Positions 47,530 through 57,126 of a stretch of 64,000 bases of DNA are shown here, one piece after another. This DNA is from Verrucomicrobiota bacterium (lineage in GTDB: Bacteria; Verrucomicrobiota; Verrucomicrobiia; Opitutales; Opitutaceae): assembly GCA_023391285.1 (NCBI GenBank), contig JAEWBF010000055.1, positions 6,705 through 70,704 of the forward strand, in the 5' to 3' direction. The translations under genes and the position numbers were made by a program. The notes beneath the pieces were generated by a model that had not been told where the DNA came from, did no database searches, and worked only from the letters and a program-made list of their open reading frames with translations. Each line of letters begins with the position of its first letter. Within the stretch, counting starts at the first letter, position 1.

Positions 47530-50500
47530 ATGCTTCCGCTCCCGCGAATCCGCACCTTTCTCAGCGCGCTGACCCACCGCGACGGCCATGCTGCCAAACT
47601 CCTTCGCCGCCCACTCCTGTTGCTTGTCGCGTGCCTGGGTCTGACCAGTCCGCTTTTCGGGAGTCCCGCTGTCACGGCTGTGCACGGAATCACCAGTGCC
47701 GGCACCAAAATCGTTGGGGACACGTTTACGATCCGCGTCACCTTCTCCGACACCGTTGTCGTCACCGGCACGCCGACGCTTACGCTCGAGACCGGCGACG
47801 TCGATCGAGTGATTCATTACGAGAGCGGTTCGGGCACCACGCAGTTGTTTTTCCGCTACACGGTGCAACTCGGGGACACGTCTCCCGACCTGGATTACGT
47901 TTCGACGACGGCGCTCGCGCTCAATGGCGGCACGATTCGCGATGCGGAGGGCAACGACGCCACGCTCACGTTGCCCGCGCCCGGCAGCAGCGGCTCGCTC
48001 GCCGCCAACGAAGCGTTCGTGATCGACGCCCGCGGTGCCGCCCCGACTGGCCTCGCGCTTTCTTCCACACGCATCCACGAGCGGATGGCCGTCGCTCGTG
48101 CCGCCATCGGCATATTTTCCACAACGGATTCGGATTCGGGCGACACGCACACCTACACCCTCGTTGCCGGTGAGGGCGACACGCACAACAGCTCGTTCGC
48201 CATCGACGGCGACGCGCTGCTGGTCGCCGTGCCTCATCTCGCCGTCGGAGATTACGCGGTGCGTGTCCGCACGACCGACGTCGGAGATAACACCCTCGAA
48301 AACTCCTTCACGCTCACGGTCTCCGACACCCCTCAAACCGACGCCGGCTTCAACCGCGCCAACCCGGAACACTGGTTCCCGACGACGACAGGCAAATACT
48401 CGATCGCGACGTGGGAACCCGCGATCGGCGAACGCGGCGAAGGCATCTATACGATCGAGTTGGAAATCGAGGCCACCGGTTACTGGCCAGGTCGAGAGGG
48501 CTTCATTTATGGCATCGCCGAGATCCCGTTCAGTGACACGAGTTTTCACGATCTGGGTGCGAAGCCACGCGAGTGGGGCTTCCGGGGGTGGGAAGGTCAG
48601 AAAGCCGTTGAAAGCACCGTGTCGGATTTCGGGTCGATCTTCAAAGAGATCGGCGAGCGCATCCGGCTCCACTTCGACACGCGCACGGGCACGCTCAGCC
48701 TTTATACAAAGCGAGCCGGCGACACCGATTTCAGCCTGGAAGGCGGAGCGCCGCTAGTGACCGGTATCGAGGTCGCGGAAGGAAAGAAACTACACTTCGC
48801 GGTTTCAGGAATCGCGTGGCAGCCGGCCGGGGTTTCCGTGGTGGGCGAGACCTTCCCCAACGCCGCCCCCACGGACATCACGCTGTCTTCCGCCACGATC
48901 GCTCAATCCGTCGCCGCTGCCGGTGCAACCGTTGGCACCTTCACTTCAGCTGACGAAGTGGGCGACGCTCACGTGTATGCCTTGGTCCCGGGTGAAGGCG
49001 ACACGCACAACAGCTCGTTTGTCATCGACGGTGCCACCCTGAAGCTCGGCGCTTCAACGCTCGCGCCAGGCACTTACTCGCTGCGCGTGAAAACGACCGA
49101 TGCCCGCGGCGCGAATTTCGAGAAAGTGATCAGCGTTACTGTCGCCCCGCCCGCCGCAGTCGCCGTCCACGGGCTCACCACTGCCGGCACGAAGGGCAGT
49201 GGAAGCTCCTTTCTGATTCGCGTCACCTTTTCCGACGCCGTTGTCGTGACTGGCGTCCCGCAGCTTACGCTCGAAACCGGCGCCATCGATCGAGTTGCCC
49301 ACTATGAAAGCGGCTCGGGCACGACGTATCTCGAATTCAGATACACGGTTCGCCCCGGCGACAGCTCGCCCGATCTCGATTACGTTTCTGCGGACGCGCT
49401 CGCGCTCGCCGGCGGCACGATTCGCGACGCAGCTGGCAACGACGCCACGCTCACGTTGCCGGCGCCAGGCGAGACAGGTTCGCTCTCCGCCAATGGGGAG
49501 ATCCGCATCGCCGCCGCGGCCAACAACGCCCCCCGCGATCTCTATCTCTCCAGCAACACTCTTTTCCCCGCGGACGCGGTCGCCGGCGCCTTGGTCGGAA
49601 CCCTCCACGCCGTCGATTCCGAATACGGGGATGTGCACACCTACAGCGTCGTCGGCGGCGAGGGCGATACGCACAACGCGTCCTTCGTGCTCGATGGCGG
49701 GACGCTGAAGATCGCCGATTCCGCTCTCACCGCCGGCGTCTACTCCGTGCGTATCCGAACCACGGATGCGAACGATGCCACGTTCGAGAAGGCGCTCACC
49801 GTCGCCATCAGCGGCCGCCTGGTCACCGGCGTCGACAGTCTCGCCGCCAACGGCACCTACCGGAATGGCGACACGTTCCTCGTGCGCATCACCTACTCGG
49901 ATGTGGTCTTCGTCACCGGCACGCCGACGCTCACCCTCAAGAAACTCCAAGCCTCCAACGTCACGCTCCAAGGCGCCGTCGACGCCTTCACGACCACCGT
50001 CGCCGGCACGGTCCTCATCCCGAATCAAAGCCCGATCGGCTTCGCCGGCCTGGAAACGAGCACCGCGCGCACCGACCGTCTGGTTGGACTCTCCTCCCGC
50101 GGCCGTGTCGGCACCGGTGAAAAAATCCTGATCTCCGGTTTGGTCATCGGCGGCTCGCAACCAAAGCAGGTCCTCATTCGCGCGATCGGCCCTTCGCTCG
50201 TTCCACTCGGCGTCGCCGACGTTCTCGCCGACCCGCAGATCCGCGTCTTCAAAGGCTCGACGATCGTCGCCGAGAACAACGACTGGGGCTCCAACCCAAG
50301 CCCCGCCGATATCGCCGCGGTCGCTCTACGCGTGGGAGCGTTCGCCGTCACGAGCGGCAGCAAAGACGCGATCCTCGTCACCACGCTCCAACCCGGCGCC
50401 TACACCGTGCACGTCAGCGGGGGCGAAGGCGTCGCGCTCGCCGAAATCTACGACGCCTCCGAGAATCCACAATCTGAATACCAACGCCTGATCGACATCT

Positions 50501-50886
50501 CCACCCGCGGCGAAGTCGGCACCGGCGAAAACGTCCTGATCGGCGGCCTCGTCATCACCGGCAACTCGCCAAAAAAAGTCCTGATCCGCGGCGTCGGCCC
50601 CAGCCTCGCGGCTCAAGGCGTTGCGGGCCCGCTCGCCGACCCAGTCCTGAAGGTTTTCCGCGGTGCTGTCGAAATCGCGCAAAACGACAACTGGAGCGAC
50701 GACCTCACCGCTGCCGCCGCCGTTACCGCCGCCGAGACCGCCACGGGCGCCTTCCATCTCGAATCCGGCAGCAAAGACGCCGCACTTCTCATGACCCTCG
50801 CGCCCGGTCTCTATACCGTCCACGTCGCCGGCGCCAACAACACCACCGGCGTCGCCCTCGTCGAAATCTACGAAGTGCCGGAGTAG
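47530..50886 (+). CDS. Large secreted protein: Ig-like and cadherin-like repeats plus a duplicated C-terminal 'SxRG...EIY' domain
   Basis: 'VTFSD.VVVTG.P.LTL' x3 (third truncated); cadherin-like 'AP....LSS...D.H.Y..V.GEGDTHN.SF..DG' x3; hydrophobic signal stretch near the N-terminus. Confidence 0.85.
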   Translation: MLPLPRIRTFLSALTHRDGHAAKLLRRPLLLLVACLGLTSPLFGSPAVTAVHGITSAGTKIVGDTFTIRVTFSDTVVVTGTPTLTLETGDVDRVIHYESGSGTTQLFFRYTVQLGDTSPDLDYVSTTALALNGGTIRDAEGNDATLTLPAPGSSGSLAANEAFVIDARGAAPTGLALSSTRIHERMAVARAAIGIFSTTDSDSGDTHTYTLVAGEGDTHNSSFAIDGDALLVAVPHLAVGDYAVRVRTTDVGDNTLENSFTLTVSDTPQTDAGFNRANPEHWFPTTTGKYSIATWEPAIGERGEGIYTIELEIEATGYWPGREGFIYGIAEIPFSDTSFHDLGAKPREWGFRGWEGQKAVESTVSDFGSIFKEIGERIRLHFDTRTGTLSLYTKRAGDTDFSLEGGAPLVTGIEVAEGKKLHFAVSGIAWQPAGVSVVGETFPNAAPTDITLSSATIAQSVAAAGATVGTFTSADEVGDAHVYALVPGEGDTHNSSFVIDGATLKLGASTLAPGTYSLRVKTTDARGANFEKVISVTVAPPAAVAVHGLTTAGTKGSGSSFLIRVTFSDAVVVTGVPQLTLETGAIDRVAHYESGSGTTYLEFRYTVRPGDSSPDLDYVSADALALAGGTIRDAAGNDATLTLPAPGETGSLSANGEIRIAAAANNAPRDLYLSSNTLFPADAVAGALVGTLHAVDSEYGDVHTYSVVGGEGDTHNASFVLDGGTLKIADSALTAGVYSVRIRTTDANDATFEKALTVAISGRLVTGVDSLAANGTYRNGDTFLVRITYSDVVFVTGTPTLTLKKLQASNVTLQGAVDAFTTTVAGTVLIPNQSPIGFAGLETSTARTDRLVGLSSRGRVGTGEKILISGLVIGGSQPKQVLIRAIGPSLVPLGVADVLADPQIRVFKGSTIVAENNDWGSNPSPADIAAVALRVGAFAVTSGSKDAILVTTLQPGAYTVHVSGGEGVALAEIYDASENPQSEYQRLIDISTRGEVGTGENVLIGGLVITGNSPKKVLIRGVGPSLAAQGVAGPLADPVLKVFRGAVEIAQNDNWSDDLTAAAAVTAAETATGAFHLESGSKDAALLMTLAPGLYTVHVAGANNTTGVALVEIYEVPE

Positions 50887-50934
50887 GGCGAATCCGCGGT
50901 TTGTTGCTTCAGCTGCTCGCGCTTCGCCGCTTTG

Positions 50935-51600
50935 TTAGATCAACCCCTGCTGCAGGCACCACCGCACGAGGCTCGGCAAATCGCGAAGACCCAGCTTGGC
51001 GAGGATTTGCGCTCGAGATTTCTCAACCGTGCGCGGGCTCAAGTGCAGCCGCGCGGCGATCTCCTTGGAGATTAGTCCGCTGGCCACCAGCCGCGCGATC
51101 TCGCGCTCACGTTCGGTGAGCGGGTTGCGGGTGTCGTTTTCCTCGGGCGCTGGGCGGGCTGCCGCGGGAGCAAATCCGCCGGAGAAGTAGAAACCGCCTG
51201 CCAACACGCGTTGGACGGCGGTCTCGATTTCCGCGAGCGGTGAAGTTTTGTGAACGAAGCCGTTGACGCCCAGCGTGAGCAATTCACCCGGCAGCGCAGG
51301 GTTGGTTTCGCCGGTCAGCACGATCGCGCGCAGCGCAGGCCAACGGGCGCGCAAAGCTTGGACGAGTTCACGGCCGTTCATATCCGGCAAACGGAGATCG
51401 ACCATGAGCAAATCGGGCGGGTGGCGGAGGCATTCTTCGAGACCGGTGCGACCGAGAGAGTGAACTCGCACGTCCGCCAGCTGCAGTCGCGTGCGCAGCG
51501 CGTGCGCGAGCAGATCGGAAAGCAGCGTATCGTCTTCGATCACGACGACGCGGTGAGAAGGTCGATGGGCTTCCGGGGGCTGGGACTCGATAAAACTCAC
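50935..51600 (-). CDS. NarL/FixJ-family response regulator (REC + LuxR HTH)
   Basis: 'VVVIEDD', 'PDLLMVDLRLPDMNG', 'VLT', 'FVHK', 'LTEREREIARLVASGLISKEIA...LSPRTVE'; start (GTG 51600) uncertain. Confidence 0.88.
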   Translation of the reverse strand: MSFIESQPPEAHRPSHRVVVIEDDTLLSDLLAHALRTRLQLADVRVHSLGRTGLEECLRHPPDLLMVDLRLPDMNGRELVQALRARWPALRAIVLTGETNPALPGELLTLGVNGFVHKTSPLAEIETAVQRVLAGGFYFSGGFAPAAARPAPEENDTRNPLTEREREIARLVASGLISKEIAARLHLSPRTVEKSRAQILAKLGLRDLPSLVRWCLQQGLI

Positions 51601-51665
51601 AAGTTCGCGCAACGTGTGAACCCAACCCGATGGCGCAAGCGTCGATGCGCTCGCGAAGCGTAGAA

Positions 51666-51709
51666 CTACGCCTTCCGCGCGTAGGCCTCCGCCGAAAAAT
51701 CGCGTAGGC
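51666..51709. promoter_or_regulatory. Possible response-regulator boxes in the divergent promoter
   Basis: CTACG-N9-CGTAG palindrome (51666-51684); CGCGTAGGC repeated at 51678 and 51701. Confidence 0.3.
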
Positions 51710-51818
51710 GTCCTCGTTGTGGGCGGCGCGCAGGTTGTTTTCAAATAGGCGAGAATGGGAGGCGTCGCTGTTTTGGTGAGGTCCTTCCGCGAATACGTCC
51801 TCGAATCCATCCTGACCC

Positions 51819-54800
51819 ATGTCCCTGCGCCCAATGTTCGCTGCACCTCGGCTTCGCGAGTGCATCCGGTTTCTGAATACTCGCGGTGTCCCGCGTGTGC
51901 TGCTTTTGCTCTTTGGCGGCGTGCTCACCGCGGATGCGGTCCCCGGGCCGATCGTGGTCTCCACCGGCCCGATCACAAACTACACGGAAAATGGCGCCAC
52001 GGTATCCGCCGCTCCGGCCTTAAACCTTTCGGGCGGCGGAAACTTCGTTAACGGCGCATTGGAATTCGCGCTGTCGTCCGCCGAGGCGACGGAAACCCTG
52101 GGGCTGACCACGGTTGCGACTCCGGACGTGACCGATGGCGTGGTCTCCATTGTCGGCACGACGGTTTACCTCGGCAAAGGCGCGCAGGCCGATCCGATCG
52201 GCAGTGTCGACGGCGTTGCAAATGGAGCCTCCGGCAAGTCGCTGAAGATCAATCTCGTCGCGAGCGCGTTCGATAATGCCAGTTTCGAAGATGGCACGAC
52301 CTCGGGCTGGGAAATTATCAAGAGCCGCATCATCCTCGGCGCTGGCCAGGAGCTCGCGGGCTTTCCGACGCCCGCCGACCCGACACCCACGCCCACCGGG
52401 TCGCCCGGCGACGCCGTGACGGCGAGTTCCGCGACCTTCAATCCCGGCATCAGCACCAATGTCGCCCCGGGCGGAGTCAACGGCACCAAGTCGCTCTCGC
52501 TCGCCCTCAACGGATCGGTGACCGCAGGCGGCATCTTGCGCGGGCCTGCCGCGGTGAGCGCGACGTCGTTTTTCCTCAATGCCGGCAATGCGATCTCCTT
52601 CTGGTGGAGCGCTGCCGCCGCGAGCGATGCCTACGACGTTTTTGGCTATCTGCTGAACGTCGACAACGGGCACACGCAGATCCTGATCAACGCCACCGGC
52701 AACAGCGGGCAGGCGGCGCAGGCGTGGACGAAGGTGACGGCGACCGCGAATGAAACCGGCAACTTCAAGTTCGTGTTCGTTTCCGGCTCGTTCGACTTCT
52801 CCTTTGGTCGGGCGCTCGGCGCCAGTTTGTTGATCGACAATGTGCAGATCGACACCGGCACCTTCGTCGGCAGCTCCGTCGTGCAGTCGCTCGGGCGTCT
52901 CGTGACGTATAAGAACACGTCGCTCAATCCCGCCGCCACGCGCAACATCACCATCACGGCCACCGACGGCGCCGGCGAGTCCGGCACCACGACCCAGCCG
53001 ATCGGAATCGCTCCGGTGAACAGCGCGCCGTCGATCGGCTCGTTGAGCACCTTTGTCGCGACGCCCCAGCAAGCCGGAGCCGCTATCGCGAACAACCTGA
53101 CGGTCACTGATCCGGACGACACGCAACTCACCGGCGCGACGGTGAAGATCACCGCCAACAAGCAGACGGGCGACGTCCTGGGCTTGGTGGTCAACAGCGG
53201 CACGATGGGCGCCATTGCCGCGAGCTATAATTCCAGCTCGGCCACGCTCACGCTCACGGGCACGGCGACCGTCGAGCAGTATCGCGCGGCGATGCGCGCC
53301 GTCACGTTCGCGACCACGAGCGGCAGCAGCGCAGCTCGCACAATCACGTTCGCCGTGACCGATGCCGACCGCGCGGGCACCGGCGTGCTCTCCGCCACAG
53401 CCACGATGACCGTTTCGATCACCGCTCCTGCCCCGACGATCACGAACGCGTCCACGCTGAGCGCTTCGTATGGCAGCACGGTCAACGTTTCCATCGCGGT
53501 GACCAGCTTACTCGAAGTGACCGCCTTTTCCGCCGACGGATTGCCGCCGGGCCTGAGCCTCAACACGCAAACGGGGGTGATTTCCGGTTCGCCGACGCAG
53601 ACCGGCGTTTATCCTTTGATCCTCAAGGCGACCAACGTCACGGGCACCGGCACGAAGAACGTCACGTTGACCGTCAACGCCGCCACGGCGTCGATCGAAC
53701 TGAGCAATCTCACGCACACCTACAACGGCTCCCCGAAGTCGGTGTCCGCTCAAACTTCGCCCGCCGGCCTTCCCCTCGTGATCACTTACGACGGCAAGAA
53801 AACCGCTCCGACCAACGCGGGCACCTACGCCGTTTCCGCGACCATCGATGCCAGCACGCACGTCGCGACCGCGACCGGCACGCTCACCATCGCGCAGGCC
53901 GAACAGACCGTGTCGTTCGCCGATCCGGGTTCGGTGCGGCCGGGCCAGTCCATCACGTTGGCGGCGAGTTCGAGCGCGAGCCTGCCGGTGACGTTCACGG
54001 TGATCAGCGGCAATGCCACGATCCAGGGCTCCACGCTCACGATCACCGGCGCCGGCACCATTGTCGTTCGGGCGACCGCGGCCGGCAGCACGAACTACAA
54101 GGCCGCCTACGTCCAGCGCACCATCAACTCGGCGAAATTGTCGCAGACGATTACGTTCCCCGCGCTCCATAACAAACTGGCGATCGACGGGCCGTTCGAA
54201 GTGTCCGCCTCGGCCAGCTCCGGCCTGCCGGTCACGTTGACGGTTGTATCCGGAAGTCCAGCACTCATCTCCGGCGACAGGGTCACGCTGACGGGCGCGC
54301 CTGGCACCGTGACGATTCGCGCCGCGCAGTCTGGAAACGACAACTATTCGCCCGCGGACGACGTGCTGAGGTCGTTCGAGGTCGTGGCGGAGAACGATCG
54401 CGTTTTCATGGGCGCCCTGATCCAGGCCAACGCCGCTCCGGTCCAGGCGCCGGTCCAATCCGGCAATGTGCGCTCTTTCGCGCTCTCGGATGACAGCGGC
54501 AAAGTCGGCGACGTCGCCGCGGTCCTCCCCTCACAGCAGAAGACGGGTTCGCTGCTGATTGTTGCGCCGTCCGCTCACATCAACGCGTTCACGAGCTTCA
54601 CCCTCGCCGATGACTACAGCTACACCGCTTCGGTGCAGCAGGGCGGCCCAACGCCGGGCACGCGCACGGTCTCGGGCTGGCTGATGGGCGACACCCTCTC
54701 CGGTGTCATCCAAGGCACGGGCATCAGTTTCTCGACCCAGGTCGAGTCGCGCAAAGGTCCGTCGGTGAAATCGTCCGGTCTCTATCGCTCCGCCGCCCTC

Positions 54801-55880
54801 GAGACCGCGCAAGGCACGACCTACACGATCATCGGTTCGGATAACAACGTGCTCGTGCTCGCCGTCACGCCGACGTTCACCGTCGGCGGCACCGCGGTGC
54901 TTCAATCGAACGGCACGTTCCAACTGCAAGCCGCGGCCACCAGCGGCGAGACGGTCACGTTGCAAGGCGCCGTTGATGCGCCGACGACGACGGTTTCCGG
55001 CACGATCCTTGTCCCGAACAAAGCTCCCATCGGCTTCGCCGGTTTGGAAATCCGCACGTTGCGCTCGGATCGCCTGTTCGGGCTCTCCTCGCGCGGTCGC
55101 GTGGGCACGGGCGAGAAGATTCTGATCAGCGGCGTTGTGATTGGCGGCAACGAGCCGAAGCAGGTCTTGATCCGCGCGGTCGGGCCGTCGCTCGCGCCGC
55201 TCGGAATCACCGGGGCGCTCGCCAATCCGAACCTCCGTGTGTTCAAGGGCTCCACGCTCGTGGCCGAGAATGACGACTGGGGTTCCAACGCGAATGCCTC
55301 AGCGATCGCCGCGGTTGCGCAGCGGGTCGGTGCGTTCGCGCTCGGTAATGGCAGCAAGGACGCCATGATCGTCGCTACGCTCGAGCCGGGCGCCTATACG
55401 GTGCACATCGGCGGTGGCGAGGGTGTGGCGCTGGCCGACATCTATGATGCCTCCGAGAATCCGCAGGCGGAATACCAACGCTTGATCGACATCTCGACGC
55501 GTGGCGAAGTCGGCACGGGCGAGAACGTCCTCATCGGCGGTCTCGTGATCACGGGCAATGCGCCGAAGAAAGTGCTGATTCGCGGGGTAGGACCCGCGCT
55601 GGCCGCGCAGGGTATCGCCGCTCCGCTGGCCGACCCGGTGTTGAAGGTGTTCAAGGGTTCCGAGCAGATTGCGACGAACGACAACTGGAGCGCCGACTCG
55701 TCGGCGGCCGCGCAGATCACCGCCGCCGAGACCGTCGCGGGCGCGTTTCATCTCCAGGCCGGCAGCAAGGATGCCGCGCTCTTGCTGACGCTCGCCCCGG
55801 GCAACTACACGGTGCACATCAGCGGCGCGAACAATACGACCGGCGTGGCGCTCGTCGAAATCTACGAAGTGCTGGATTAA
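51819..55880 (+). CDS. Large secreted protein: CBM-like beta-sandwich, He_PIG-like Ig and MBG-like domains, duplicated C-terminal 'SxRG...EIY' domain
   Basis: 'FDNASFEDG', 'GLPPGLSLNTQTGVISGSPT', 'THTYNGSPK...PTNAGTYAV', 'QTITFPAL..ASASSGLPVTL'; C-terminal 308 aa paralogous to 47530..50886. Confidence 0.85.
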   Translation: MSLRPMFAAPRLRECIRFLNTRGVPRVLLLLFGGVLTADAVPGPIVVSTGPITNYTENGATVSAAPALNLSGGGNFVNGALEFALSSAEATETLGLTTVATPDVTDGVVSIVGTTVYLGKGAQADPIGSVDGVANGASGKSLKINLVASAFDNASFEDGTTSGWEIIKSRIILGAGQELAGFPTPADPTPTPTGSPGDAVTASSATFNPGISTNVAPGGVNGTKSLSLALNGSVTAGGILRGPAAVSATSFFLNAGNAISFWWSAAAASDAYDVFGYLLNVDNGHTQILINATGNSGQAAQAWTKVTATANETGNFKFVFVSGSFDFSFGRALGASLLIDNVQIDTGTFVGSSVVQSLGRLVTYKNTSLNPAATRNITITATDGAGESGTTTQPIGIAPVNSAPSIGSLSTFVATPQQAGAAIANNLTVTDPDDTQLTGATVKITANKQTGDVLGLVVNSGTMGAIAASYNSSSATLTLTGTATVEQYRAAMRAVTFATTSGSSAARTITFAVTDADRAGTGVLSATATMTVSITAPAPTITNASTLSASYGSTVNVSIAVTSLLEVTAFSADGLPPGLSLNTQTGVISGSPTQTGVYPLILKATNVTGTGTKNVTLTVNAATASIELSNLTHTYNGSPKSVSAQTSPAGLPLVITYDGKKTAPTNAGTYAVSATIDASTHVATATGTLTIAQAEQTVSFADPGSVRPGQSITLAASSSASLPVTFTVISGNATIQGSTLTITGAGTIVVRATAAGSTNYKAAYVQRTINSAKLSQTITFPALHNKLAIDGPFEVSASASSGLPVTLTVVSGSPALISGDRVTLTGAPGTVTIRAAQSGNDNYSPADDVLRSFEVVAENDRVFMGALIQANAAPVQAPVQSGNVRSFALSDDSGKVGDVAAVLPSQQKTGSLLIVAPSAHINAFTSFTLADDYSYTASVQQGGPTPGTRTVSGWLMGDTLSGVIQGTGISFSTQVESRKGPSVKSSGLYRSAALETAQGTTYTIIGSDNNVLVLAVTPTFTVGGTAVLQSNGTFQLQAAATSGETVTLQGAVDAPTTTVSGTILVPNKAPIGFAGLEIRTLRSDRLFGLSSRGRVGTGEKILISGVVIGGNEPKQVLIRAVGPSLAPLGITGALANPNLRVFKGSTLVAENDDWGSNANASAIAAVAQRVGAFALGNGSKDAMIVATLEPGAYTVHIGGGEGVALADIYDASENPQAEYQRLIDISTRGEVGTGENVLIGGLVITGNAPKKVLIRGVGPALAAQGIAAPLADPVLKVFKGSEQIATNDNWSADSSAAAQITAAETVAGAFHLQAGSKDAALLLTLAPGNYTVHISGANNTTGVALVEIYEVLD

Positions 55881-55907
55881 GCGGACCCATACAGCTTATT
55901 CCCAGCT

Positions 55908-55935
55908 GGGCGGACCTTTTCGGTCCGCCCTTTTT
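55908..55935 (+). terminator. Intrinsic terminator
   Basis: GGGCGGACC ttttc GGTCCGCCC TTTTT. Confidence 0.85.
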
Positions 55936-56225
55936 GCGTCCGGCGATGCAGAACGGGAGTAAAGCGTTTGCACAACTGAAGGCAGAGTAGGGAGATCCTC
56001 GATTCGCCGTGCTCGTGTTTTACGCCTGGCTGGCCTGGCCCCACCGCCATTCAGACGGACGCGTCATTAAATTTTAGATACACCGCACAATTCCATTGTC
56101 TGGCCTCTCCCGACCGCCACCGTCGCGCGACGGATGCTTACCCCTCGGCCGGAGACGCAATATTGGCCATGGATCGACCAAACGCGCGGCTGCCGGCGTA
56201 ACGGGCTGGTTCGCGTGGACAACTG

Positions 56226-56963
56226 ATGTTGCGCGCCCTGCTTATCGATGCTCACGCCGGCGAAAGAGCGGAGTTGCGCGAACTGCTCGCCGCTTGGCCA
56301 GGGATTGAGATCATCGGGGAAGCGGACTCGTTGTCCTCGGCGCATACCTTGCTGGGTCGAGACGACTACCAACTGGTTTTCCTGGATGCCGACATCGACG
56401 GCGGGCGGGGCTTCGACCTGATCGCAAGCCTCCGCTCGGGCGCGCGAGCCATTCTTGTGGCGGCGACGGAGGCGCATGCGCGTCGTGCATTCGACGTGAA
56501 CGCTCTCGATTACTTGGTGAAACCGATCGACCCGGCCCGCCTCGCAATCGCGCTGAGCCGGGTCAACGCGCCTACGTTTGGAGCCAGCGTCTTGGCATCT
56601 CCTTCCTGCAAGTCGCTCCGTCTCGGCGATCGGTTCTGGCTCAATTCGGGCACAGCCTCCAGTTGGATCGTTCTCTCCGACATCGCGGCGATTCGCTCAT
56701 ATGAGAACTATTCGGTCGTCCATCTGGTCGACGGCGATCGGACCATCGTGCGCAAAACGTTGAAGGCTTGGCTGGAAGTGCTGCCGGCTCCTCATTTCGT
56801 CCAAGTGCATCGGTCGGTCGTGGTGAATCTTGGCCGAGTCGCTGGCTGTCGTCGTCACGCGCCGAAGAGTTTTTCCGTTCGAATCGAAGGGATCGACGCT
56901 CCAATACCGGTCGGCCGAGGATTCTGGCGGACGCTCAAAGATCGCCTGCCGAGGCATCTTTAA
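56226..56963 (+). CDS. LytTR-family response regulator with an atypical receiver N-terminus
   Basis: 'LVFLD', 'AFDVNALDYLVKP', 'FVQVHRSVVVNL'; the usual 'DDE' acidic pocket reads 'DAH'. Confidence 0.88.
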   Translation: MLRALLIDAHAGERAELRELLAAWPGIEIIGEADSLSSAHTLLGRDDYQLVFLDADIDGGRGFDLIASLRSGARAILVAATEAHARRAFDVNALDYLVKPIDPARLAIALSRVNAPTFGASVLASPSCKSLRLGDRFWLNSGTASSWIVLSDIAAIRSYENYSVVHLVDGDRTIVRKTLKAWLEVLPAPHFVQVHRSVVVNLGRVAGCRRHAPKSFSVRIEGIDAPIPVGRGFWRTLKDRLPRHL

Positions 56964-57000
56964 AGACAGGCCCTGCAGGTTCCGTGACTTTAGGGCTGCC

Positions 57001-57028
57001 CGTCACAAAGTCGGTCCGCTCGTCACAA
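57001..57028 (+). promoter_or_regulatory. Candidate LytTR direct-repeat operator
   Basis: CGTCACAA-N12-CGTCACAA between the LytTR gene and the HYR protein gene. Confidence 0.4.
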
Positions 57029-57126
57029 CGGTCTCCCCAAACCCCCAGTCGGCCCTAGGGGTAACACCCTGCTCGAGGCTTCTTCGCCTCAGGCATGCCC
57101 CCCGGCAACTCCAGTCCCGCTTCACC

